NCBI RefSeq assembly: GCF_036321535.1
Contig: NC_087436.1
Span: forward strand, 109,556,001 to 109,620,000
Direction: 5' to 3'
Length of the DNA: 64,000 nucleotides
Source: Camelus dromedarius
Lineage: Eukaryota
Below the pieces are notes generated by a model. It was not told the DNA's origin. It did no database searches and was given only the letters and a program-made list of their open reading frames with translations. Below, piece by piece: positions 14,720 to 24,694 of the stretch (the stretch's first letter is position 1; each line of letters begins with the position of its first letter). The translations under genes were made by a program, and so were the position numbers.

Positions 14720-15190
14720 AAGGGATTTGTGTTCAGCTAATAGCAGCAAGGGCTTGACCAAATTTGCAAGGATTTCTATTTCATATAACAGCAAAGGATT
14801 TAGGTAGAGCACAACTCACTTATATGGTTCCTTTCATGCCATCTGCTTCTCCACTGGAGCACATGGCTTCCATCCTCAAAGCCACCTTATAATCCTTGAT
14901 TGCTGTTTGAGCTCCAACTAGCATGTCCATGTTCCAGGGATCTTGAAAGGGTCGAAGAACAACAGGGACTCACTTCTGTGGAGAGTTTTCTTTTTCAGTA
15001 TCCTTCCCAGGAATCCAGCACCAGATTTTGCTTACGTCTAATTGGTCAGGACTTGGTCATGCCCATAATCAGCAGCAAAACACACTGGGAAATGAAGTCT
15101 TTTACTTAGCAGTACTGCTGTGCTGATGACATAGATACCACAGCTAAGGAAGAAGAGAGGCGCTATTTGCTGGCAGCTAGCTGTCCTTGA
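14720..15190 (-). mobile_element. Old MaLR LTR (MLT1J/K-like)
   Basis: ggcttccatcctcaa...ttgcttacgtctaattggtcagga...ctgggaaatgaagtcttt. Confidence 0.55.
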
Positions 15191-15629
15191 CATTGTGAAG
15201 CAGGTATTCAGCCATGAATGGCTGTAAATTACAAGTGAAGTAACAAGCAGTGCTAAACAAAAAAAAATGGAGCAGGTCAGAAGATATAAATTGATTAGGC
15301 TGCCTTTTTAAAAGTGTTGTCAAGAAAGACTTCTCTGAGCCACTGGAATTTGGTCAGAATCCCAAAGGAAGTACAGAGGTTAACCATACAACTATTTGCA
15401 GAAAGAGTATTCCAGTTAAGGGAATGGACAGATGCAAAGTTCCTGAGGGAGAAGCATGCTCAGACTCTTCCGGGACCATTCAGGAAGTCTTCATAGTTAC
15501 GAGCCAGATTGTGCTATACACAAGGTTGTGTGTGTACTGTTATGGTAAGGATGGAGGTAGCTAGGAGGGGGATGAAAGAGAAAAAGCATGAGCACATCAC
15601 ATTAGGTCTCTTCACCCTCAAAGTAGTAG

Positions 15630-15880
15630 TAAGAACTAAAAATTATTGAGCCATTACCATGAATCAGGTGATATATGCGTTTTATGAATTATTTTATTTA
15701 ATCTTTACAAGACCTCTAAATTAGGCACAATTGTTATCAATATTTTGCTGATGAGAAAAATAGGGTGTATAAGTTAATAAATTGGCTAACCTTACATATC
15801 CAATATATATAGCCTAGTAGGGATGTAAACCCAAGCAACCCCACCCTGAAGCTTAGTTTTAACCACTGTGCTATACTACG
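15630..15880 (-). mobile_element. MIR SINE
   Basis: atttattgagc-like start, ttttgctgatgagaaaa core, ttaaccactgtgctata end. Confidence 0.7.
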
Positions 15881-16254
15881 TGCAATTCCATGGGCCATGT
15901 TTCACTCTGAGCATATGCATTAGCATCACTCATAACCTAGGTCAGGTCTGGCTGGGAGTATGAACCTTAACCATCCTGTATTTATATTTTTTCTAGGAAT
16001 CAAGTTTGTGGTGTCAGTTTCTTTCAAAGAACCCAGGACAGCATTTAGAGACAATCAAGGAGACAGAATGCTTTAACATCTGACTTTGGGTTATGAAATA
16101 TAAGAAGTATGAAAAAAGTCACTGGGGTCCAAGGAATCTAGAATGAGTGAGAGTTACTAACCAAAGAATCAGTGCCCACCCCTTTCCTTCCAGTGTAGCT
16201 TGTTAATATAATCATAAGCATTCCAAGTGTTAACAATTTTTAGGTTTGTTTCCA

Positions 16255-16300
16255 GGTGAGACAGATTGGATTTGACTTTTGGTCTAATATTTGGTAGCTT
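16255..16300 (+). mobile_element. MIR fragment, left part (continues at 24236-24249 and 24700-24735)
   Basis: agacagattggatttga...tagct joined to tcctgaggcaag and ttactgaacttctctctgtctc rebuilds a MIR core. Confidence 0.55.
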
Positions 16301-16302
16301 TA

Positions 16303-16560
16303 CCTATCTTCCTTTACTTACAAGAAGGTTATATACCAATAAACCCATCATAAGTTGAAAATACTATAAGTCAAAAATGCATGTAATACACTGAACTTAC
16401 CAAATATCATAGCTTAGCCTAGCCTACCTTAAATGTGCTCAGATCACTTACACTAACTTACAGTTGGGCAAAATCATCTACAATGAAGACTATTTTATAA
16501 TAAAGTGCCTAATACTTCATGTAATTTATTGAAAGCTGTGCTGAAAGTGAAAAGACACAA
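16303..16560. mobile_element. MER47/Tigger5-like TcMar transposon, left part
   Basis: aaacccatcataagttgaaaata...catagcttagcctagcctaccttaaa...acagttgggcaaaatcatc; TA at 16301-16302. Confidence 0.85.
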
Positions 16561-16676
16561 TGGCTTCCTTCACTTAGAATGACGATCTCCAGGTCCATCC
16601 ATGTTGCAGCAAATGCCATTATTTTATTCTTTTTTATGGCTGAGTAGTATTCCACTGTGTATATACACCACATCTT
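16561..16676 (-). mobile_element. Older L1, inverted ORF2-end segment, left part
   Basis: Homologous to ~17045-17160 of the young L1; sequence resumes at 23774. Confidence 0.85.
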
Positions 16677-16998
16677 TTTTTTTTTAACATTTTATATTGA
16701 TTTATAATCATTTTACAATGTTGTGTCAAATTCCAGTGTTTAGCACAATTTTTCAGTTATTCATGGACATATACACACTCATTGTCACATTTTTTTCTCT
16801 GTGAGTTATCATAACATTTTGTGTATATTTCCCTGTGCTATACAGTGTAGTCTATTCTACAATTTTGAAATCCCAGTCTATCCCTTCCCACCCTCCACCC
16901 CTCTGGTAACCACAAGTCTGTATTCTCTGTCTGTGAGTCTATTTCTGTCCTTTATTTACGTTTGTTTTTGTTTGTTTGTTTGTTTTTGTTTTTGTTTT

Positions 16999-19900
16999 TT
17001 AGATTCCACATATGGATCTCATATGGTATTTTTCTTTCTCTTTCTGGCTTACTGCACTTAGAATGACATTCTCCAGGAGCATCCATGTTGCTGCAAATGG
17101 CATTATGTTGTCGGTTTTTATGGCTGAGTAGTATTCCATTGCATAAATATACCACATCTTCTTTATCCAGTCACCTGTTGATGGACATTTAGGCTGTTTC
17201 CATGTTTTGGCTATTGTAAATAGTGCTGCTATGAACATTGGGGTGCAGGTGTCATCCTGAAGTAGATTTCCTTCTGGATACAAGCCCAGGAGTGGGATTC
17301 CTGGGTCATATGGTAAGTCTATTCCTAGTCTTTTGAGGAATCTCCACACTGTTTTCCATAGTGGCTGCACCAAACTGCATTCCCACCAGCAGTGTAGGAG
17401 GGTTCCCCTTTCTCCACAGCCTCTCCAGCATTTGTCATTTGTGGATTTTTGAATGACGGCCATTCTGACTGGTGTGAGGTGATACCTCGTTGTAGTTTTG
17501 ATTTGCATTTCTCTGATAATTAGTGATATTGAGCATTTTTTCATGTGCTTTTTGATCATTTGTATGTCTTCCTTGGAGAATTGCTTGTTTAGGTCTTCTG
17601 CCCATTTTTGGATTGTGTTGTTTATTTTTTTGTTATTGAGTCATATGAGCTGCTTATATATTCTGGAGATCAAGCCTTTGTCGGTTTCACTTGCAAAAAT
17701 TTTCTCCCATTCCGTAGGTTTTCTTCCTGTTTTATTTCTGGTTTCCTTTGCTGTGCAGAAGCTTGTAAGTTTCATTAGGTCCCATTTGTTTATTCTTGCT
17801 TTTATTTCTTCTAGGAGAAAATTTTTGAAATGTATGTCAGATAATGTTTTGCCTATGTTTTCCTCTAGGAGGTTTATTGTATCTTGTCTTATGTTTAAGT
17901 CTTTAATCCATTTTGAGTTGATTTTTGTGTATGGTGTAAGGGAGTGTTCTAGCTTCATTGTTTTACATGCTGCTGTCCAGTTTTCCCAACACCATTTGCT
18001 GAAGAGACTGTCTTTATTCCAATGTATATTCTTGCCTCCTTTGTCAAAGATGAGTTGACCAAAAGTTTGTGGGTTCATTTCTGGGCTCTCTATTCTGTTC
18101 CATTGGTCTATATGTCTGTTTTGGTACCAATACCATGCTGTCTTGATGACTGTAGCTCTATAGTATTGTCTGAAGTCTGGGAGAGTTATTCCTCCAGCCT
18201 CTTTCTTTCTCTTCAGTAATGCTTTGGAAATTCTAGGTCTTTGATGGTTCCATATGAATTTTATTATGATTTTTTCTAGTTCTGTGAAATATGTCCCGGG
18301 TAATTGGATAGGGATTGCATTAAATCTGTAGATTGCCTTGGGCAGTGTGACCATTTTAACAATATTGATTCTTCCATTCCAAGAGCATGGAATATCTTTC
18401 CATTTTTTAAAGTCTTCTTTAATTTCCTTCATCAATGGTTTATAGTTTTCTGTGTATAATTCTTTCACCTCCTTGGTTAGATTTATTCCCAGATATTTTA
18501 TTACTTTGGGTGCTATTTTAAAGGGGATTGTTTCTTTACTTTCTTCTTCTGTTGACTTATCGTTAGTGTAAAGAAATGCAACTGATTTTTGAACGTTAAT
18601 TTTGTAACCTGCTACCTTGCTGAATTCTTCAATCAGCTCTAGTAGCTTTTGTGTGGACCTTTTAGGGTTTTCTATATATAGTAACATGTCATCAGCATAT
18701 AATGACACTTTTACCTCTTCTTTTCCAATTTGGATCCCTTTTATTTCTTTCTCTTGCCTGACTGCTGTGGCTAGGACTTCCAGGACTATGTTGAATAGGA
18801 GTGGTGATAGTGGGCATCCTTGTCTTGTCCCAGATTTTAGTGGGAAGCTTTTGAGTTTTTCACCGTTGAGTACTATGCTGGCTGTAGGTTTGTCATATAT
18901 AGCTTTTACTATGTTGAGATATGTTCCCTCTATACCCACTTTGGCGAGAGTTTTTATCGTAAATGGGTGTTGAATTTTATCAAATGCTTTTTCTGCATCG
19001 ATTGAGATGATCATGTGGTTTTTGTCCTTTCTCTTGTTGATGTGATGTATTACACTGATTGATTTGCGTATGTTGAACCAGCCTTGTGTCCCTGGGATGA
19101 ACCCCACTTGGTCATGATGTATAATCTTTTTTATGTGTTGTTGGATTCTATTTGCTAAAATTTTGGTGAGGATTTTGGCGTCTATGTTCATCAGTGATAT
19201 TGGCCTATAATTCTCTTTTTTTTGTATTGTCTTTGCCTGGTTTTGGTATCAGGGTGATGGTGGCTTCATAGAATGAGTTTGGGAGTATTCCCTCCTTTTC
19301 AATCGTCTGGAAGAGTTTGAGAAGGACTGGTATGAATTCTTCTTTGTATGTTTGGTAGAATTCCCTGGTGAAGCCGTCCGGTCCTGGACTTTTATTTGTA
19401 GGGAGGTTTTTAATTGCTATTTCTATTTCCTTTCTAGTGATTGGATTGTTCAAGTGTTCAGATTCTTCTTGATTCAGTTTTGGTGGACAGTATGTTTCCA
19501 GAAACTTGTCCATCTCCTCTAGGTTATCCAGTTTGGTTCCATATAGTTTTTCATAATATTCTCGTATGATATTCTGTATTTCTATTTTGTTTGTTGTAAT
19601 TTCTCCATTTTCCTTTCTTATTTTGCTAATTTGTGCTCTCTCTTTTTTCTTCTTTGTGAGTTTGGCCAGAGGTTTGTCAATTTTATTTACTTTTTCAAAA
19701 AACCAGCTTTTGGTTTGGTTGATTTTTTCTATGGTCTTGTTAATCTCTATTGTATTTAATTCCTCTCTGATCTTTATTATTTCCTTCCTTCTGCTGCTTT
19801 TTGTTCTTCTTTTTCTAATTCATTCAGGTGGTGGGTTAAATTGTTTATTTGAGATTGTTCTTCTTTTTTGAGGAAGGCCTGTATCGCTATAAACTTCCCT

Positions 19901-20784
19901 CTTAGCACTGCCTTTGCTGTGTCCCATAGGTTTTGAGTGGTTGTGCTTTCATTATCATTTGTCTCAAGGTATTTTTTAATTTCAGCTTTGATTTCCTCTC
20001 TGATCCATTGTTTTTTCAATAACATATTGTTTAATCTCCATGCTTTCCTTTTTTTCTCCTTTGTTTCTCTGTTGTTGATTTCCAGTTTCATGGCATTGTG
20101 GTCAGTAAAGATGCTTGAGATAATTTCTATCTTCTTAAAATTGTTGAGGTTTCTTTTGTGCCCAAGTACATGATCGATCCTGGAAAATGTTCCATGTGCA
20201 CTTGAAAAGAATGTATATCCTATTTTTTGGGGGTGTAATGCTCTGAAAATATCCACCAAATCTAGTTTTTCTATTGTAGTATTTAATTTCTCTGTTGCCT
20301 TGTTTATTTTCTGTCTGGAAGATCTGTCTAGTGATGTTAATGCAGTGTTAAAATCTCCAACTATGATTGTATTCCCATCAATATCCCCCTTTATTTCTGT
20401 TAGTAATTCTTGTATGTACTTAGGTGCTCCTATATTGGGTGCATATATATTAACGAGTGTAATATCCTCATCTTTTATCACTCCTTTAATCATTATAAAA
20501 TGTCCTTCTTTATCTTTCTTTATGGCCTTTGTTTTATAGTCTATTTTGTCTGAAATCAGTACTGCAACACCTGCTTTTTTGGCTTTTCCATTTGCATGGA
20601 ATATCCTTTTCCATCCTTTCACTCTCAATCTATATGTGTCCTTCTCCCTAAAGTGGGTCTCTTGTATGCAGCATATTGAAGGTTCTTGCTTTATTATCCA
20701 GTCTGCCACTCTGTGTCTTTTGACTGGAGCATTTAGTCCATTAACATTTACAGTAATTAATGATAGATGTGTGTTTATTGCCAT
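16999..20784 (-). pseudogene. L1 ORF2p (APE endonuclease, reverse transcriptase, C-terminal Cys-rich domain), disrupted
   Basis: EN motifs NVNGLN, QETH, GDFN, SRIDH, TDH; RT motifs QGCPLSP, YADD, YLG; CWRGC..H..C at the C-terminus. Split by frameshifts at ~19796 and ~19220 and an in-frame TGA at 17641-17643. Confidence 0.97.
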
Positions 20785-21188
20785 TTTGAACTTATCTTTG
20801 CAGTTGATTTGGTATTCCCTCTTTGTTCCTTTCTTCTTCCTTTTGTGGTTTGGTAATTTTCCTTTGTATTATCATGGATTTTATTTAATTTTTGTGACTC
20901 CTTTGTAAATTTTTGGCTTGTGGTTACCCTTTTTTGTAAATCTATCAACCCATTACTATAACTGTTTTTATTAAACTGATAGTAACATGATCTCAAACCC
21001 ATCCTACTGTTAAAAAAATTTAAAAAAGAAAGAAAAAAATATTCTATATTTCCCTGCCTCCGTCTCCCACTCTCAGTGATTTGTATGTCTTCTTTTATAA
21101 TTTTATGTTTACTTTATTTGTAATTCATGAGTTATCACCTTTCCAGTTGTGTGTTTCTCATTTCTGTAGCATCCTGCTGCTTTTCTAT

Positions 21189-22091
21189 TTAGAATAGCCC
21201 TTTCAATATTTCTTTTAGCATGGGTTTAGTGTTGCTAAACTCCTGCAGCTTTTTTTTGTCTGTGAAACTCTTTATTTCTCCTTCTATCCTCAAGGATAGC
21301 CTTGCTGGATAAAGGATCCTAGACTGCATCTTTTTTTCATTCAGGGCTTTGAATATATCTTGCCACTCCCTTCTGGCCTGTAGTGTTTGTGTAGAGAAAT
21401 CAGCTGAGAGCCTTATGGGGGTTCCCTTGTAACTTACTCTTTGCTTTTCTCTTGCTGCCTTTAGAATCATTTCTTTATCCTTGACTCTGGCCATCTTGAT
21501 TATGATATGTCTTGGTGTGGGTCTATTTGGGTTCTTCCTGTTTGGGACCCTCTGAGCTTCCTGTACTTGGATATCTGATTCCTTCTTTAAGTTTGGGAAG
21601 TTTTCAGTCATGATTTCTTCAAAAACCTTTTCAATCCCCTTTGATCTTTCTTCTCCTTCTGGGACCCCTATTATGTGAAGATTGGGACGCTTTATATTAT
21701 CCCATAGGTCCCTTATACTATTTTCATTATTTTTTATTTGCTTATCTTGTAGTTCTTCTGAATGGGTGCTTTCTGTTGCCCTGTCTTCTAGATCACTAAT
21801 TCGTTCCTCTGCATTATCTAGTCGGCTTTGTACACCTATTAGATCATTCCTCATCTCTGTCAATGAGTTTACCCATTCTACTTGGCTCTTCTTTATAGCT
21901 TTAATTTCATTTTTGACATATTTTATATCTCTAAACACTATCTCTTTTAATTCCTTCAGCAGTTCGATCACTCCTTTTTTGAAATCTTGATCTAGTAGGC
22001 TATCGATGTCTATTTCGTTGATCTTTCTTTCAGGGGATTTCTCTTGTTCTTTTAATTGGGAAAGGTTTTTCTGCTTCTTCATCTTGCTCAT
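21189..22091 (-). CDS. L1 ORF1p (coiled coil, RRM, CTD), open 300-aa frame
   Basis: WDNIKRPNLHIIGVPE, ENFPNL, TPRHI, AAREK, PIRLSADFS, QARREW, YPARLS. Confidence 0.95.
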   Translation of the reverse strand: MSKMKKQKNLSQLKEQEKSPERKINEIDIDSLLDQDFKKGVIELLKELKEIVFRDIKYVKNEIKAIKKSQVEWVNSLTEMRNDLIGVQSRLDNAEERISDLEDRATESTHSEELQDKQIKNNENSIRDLWDNIKRPNLHIIGVPEGEERSKGIEKVFEEIMTENFPNLKKESDIQVQEAQRVPNRKNPNRPTPRHIIIKMARVKDKEMILKAAREKQRVSYKGTPIRLSADFSTQTLQARREWQDIFKALNEKKMQSRILYPARLSLRIEGEIKSFTDKKKLQEFSNTKPMLKEILKGLF

Positions 22092-22589
22092 ACCTCTTTG
22101 GCACTGTGGTTTATGGAGTATCAGTTGTTTATTTTGGTCCTTAAGGATTTTATCTATCTGATGCCTATTTAGGAATAGAACTTAGGAAAAAAAGAAAAAA
22201 AAATAAGAGAGAGAGAGAAAGAATTTTAAAAGAAGGGAGAAAGAGGGTTTGAAAACAGTGTATAATGAATAATAGAAGAGTGAGTTGAAGCAGAGTATTA
22301 ATCAGGTTGAGACGTCCTTTTAAAACCTTTACAAAAAAAGGGGGGGGAGATGAATAGATGTATTTGAAACCTGTGTCTAATCAATAGCAGGACATCAAAA
22401 CCCAAGAGAAATAGAAATGAATTAAGAAGTAAAGATTAAGAGAGTAATAGAAAATAGAACAGGTAAAAACAGATTTAAAAAAAAAGGGGGTGTGTGTGTG
22501 TGTGTCAGTGTTCTGGAGTCTGTGTGCTTTTAATGTGAAGTCTTTCTGTCTTCGTCCTGTTTTGGAAGCTCAGCTTGCTGTTTTCAGAG

Positions 22590-23773
22590 GCCCTCCGTTG
22601 GCGCTCTCTTCTGTGCTGCTCCCAGCACCTGTCGGCAAGCAGATCGCGCCTCCTCCTAACACTGGGTCAGGTGCAGCTCTCCTCTGCTGTGGGCGGGCGG
22701 GTCGCTGCCCCTCCGGATGCCGCAGTCAGATGTTGCAGACTGGCCGGGTAGGAGGGCGGGTCGTGCCCCCTCCCAGCATCGCGGTCAGGGGCTGTGTTCC
22801 TGCCCGAAAGGCGTGGGGGCCACTGTCCCTCTACCTGCACCGCCAGTAGCTCCGCTCTCTGTGCGGCTGCGCCCTCCGCCCTGGTCGGCGCTCCGCAGGT
22901 GGGCTCGGGGAAGACCGAGGGACAGTCCTGTCCCTGCTCCGAGCCAAAACCCAGCTCCTTGTTTGTCTTCGTGGAGCAAGTTCTCTGAGGGACCAGGATG
23001 GAAGGATCCTGTCTGCCCCGGGCTGCAGGCCAGTCTCAGTCTGGCCTTTGAGGCTGCTAAGCCCTTCGGTGCGGATGCAGGTTTCGCCCCCGCCCCTGCC
23101 TGAGTGCTAAGTACCGAGGATATGGCGGCTGTGCCTGAGCCCCGCCTCTCTTCCCCCGAAAACTTTCCAAGGGTTTTCAGAGATGGCGGTGTGCACCCTT
23201 CCCCCGAGAGCACATCAACCTTGCTGTTTTATGGAGGGCCCAGGTTGTTCTGCCCTGTGCACCCACAGCCACGGCGCGCAGCCCCTTGCGTTCCCCCGGG
23301 GCTGCCTCAGTGCAGCCACTTCCGTCCTCCGCCCGGCTTGTGCAGCCTGGCCCTGCCCACGGCTGCTGGCCCGCATCTCAGGCTGGGTGTTGGGGGGACG
23401 CTCTGTGCCCGTTTAACTTAGTTCTGTTAGTCAAGGGCTGCTCTGTACAGATCCGAGCCTCGGAGGCGCCCCCTCCGTCCCTCTGGCCTCTCAGTTGGAG
23501 AGGGGAGACCCAGCGAGCCAGCGCCAGTCCTCCTTTGCCACTCCCTCCCCGCGGGACCCGTCCCGCGCTGCTTTGCCTTTTGTTCCTTCTTTTTTCCTTT
23601 TCTCCTACCAGATTTTTGGCGTCTTTATCTTTTGAAGAGGGCGATGTTCTGTCGGAGTTCCACAGGTGCTCTGGTTGGCTGAGTGGGTCTGTAGATGTGG
23701 TCTTGGTGTATTTGTGGGAGAGGGTGACCTGCGAGCGTCCTACTCCGCCATCTTCCGCATTGTCCTAAAGAAT
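22590..23773 (-). promoter_or_regulatory. CpG-rich L1 5'UTR internal promoter with YY1-type site
   Basis: High GC and CpG content versus flanks; AAGATGGCGG on the minus strand at 23745-23754, close to the 5' end as in other L1s. Confidence 0.85.
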
Positions 23774-23985
23774 CCACATCTTCTTTATTAAGTCACCTGT
23801 CAGTGCACATTTAGGTTGCTTCCATGTCTTGGTTATTGTAAACAGTGCTGCTATGAACATTGGGGTGCATGTATCTTTTCAACTTAGACTTCCCTCCAGA
23901 TACATGCCTAGGAGATTGATACAACATTGTAAACTAAATATACTTCAATAAAAAGGGAAAAATAAATAAAAATTAAAAATTAAAA
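23774..23985. mobile_element. Older L1, right part: minus-strand ORF2 segment to ~23913, then plus-strand 3' end with A-rich tail
   Basis: catttaggttgcttccatgtcttgg... switches to acaacattgtaaac...cttcaataaaaag followed by an A-rich tail. Confidence 0.85.
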
Positions 23986-23997
23986 CAAGCACAATAG

Positions 23998-24233
23998 ATA
24001 CAGAATGGTTGTTAAGTGTATCAGTTGTGTACCCTTGTGATCACGTGGCTGCCTGGGAGCTGCAGCTGGCTGGATGGCGTCACAGGAGAGCATCGCACTA
24101 CATATCACTAGTCCAGGAAAATACCAACACTTAAAATCTGAAGTAGAGTTTCTACTGAATGCATATCACTTCTGTACCATCGTAAAGTTAAAAAATCATT
24201 AAGTTGAACCATGGGAGGTCAGGGGACCACCTG
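23998..24233. mobile_element. MER47/Tigger5-like transposon, right part
   Basis: cagaatggttg...tttctactgaatgcatatcac...catcgtaaag...ggggaccacctg then TA at 24234-24235. Confidence 0.85.
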
Positions 24234-24249
24234 TATATCCTGAGGCAAG

Positions 24250-24694
24250 TGTTAATGGACTGAATTGTGTCCTACACAAGAGGATATCAGAATGTGACCT
24301 TATTTGGAAATAAAATCTTTATACAGGTAATCTAGTTAAAATGAGGTAGTTTGTGTGGGCCTCAATCCAATATGACAGGTGTCTTTATAAAAAGATGAAA
24401 TTTGGACATAGAGACAGACATACACAGAGGGAAAATGATGTGAGGACACTCGAGGAGAAGATGGCCATGTGACAAGGAGAAGATGCACCTATACACCAAG
24501 GAAGGCCAAGAATTGCTGGCAAACACCGGAAGCTAGAAGAGTCAGGAACAGTTCTCTCCCACAAGAGCCATCAAAGAAAGCACAGCCTGCAGATGCTTTG
24601 ATTTTGGAGTTCTGGCCTCTAGAACTGTGAGACATTCTTTGAAGGCACCTACGTTGTGGTACTTTGTCATGACAGCTATAGGAAACTGCTATTA
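24250..24694 (+). mobile_element. MLT1C-like solo LTR with 5-bp TSD
   Basis: MLT1 motifs throughout; gcaag at 24245-24249 and 24695-24699. Confidence 0.85.

Larger units (their letters stand above)
16677..23773 (-). mobile_element. Full-length LINE-1 (~7.1 kb), young, probably camelid lineage
   Basis: 5'UTR, ORF1, spacer, ORF2, 3'UTR and short poly(A) (T run 16675-16685); TSD ccacatctt at 16668-16676 and 23774-23782. Confidence 0.98.

Noticed and set aside
17498..21990. Plus-strand hydrophobic ORFs (e.g. 17498-18058, 18617-18973, 20546-20908)
   Set aside because: Antisense shadows of the A-rich L1 ORFs, a well-known source of false membrane-protein predictions
22490..23768. Overlapping 64-160 aa ORFs in the L1 5'UTR as ORF0 analogues
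   Set aside because: GC-rich DNA is stop-poor, several start at non-ATG codons, and no domain is recognisable
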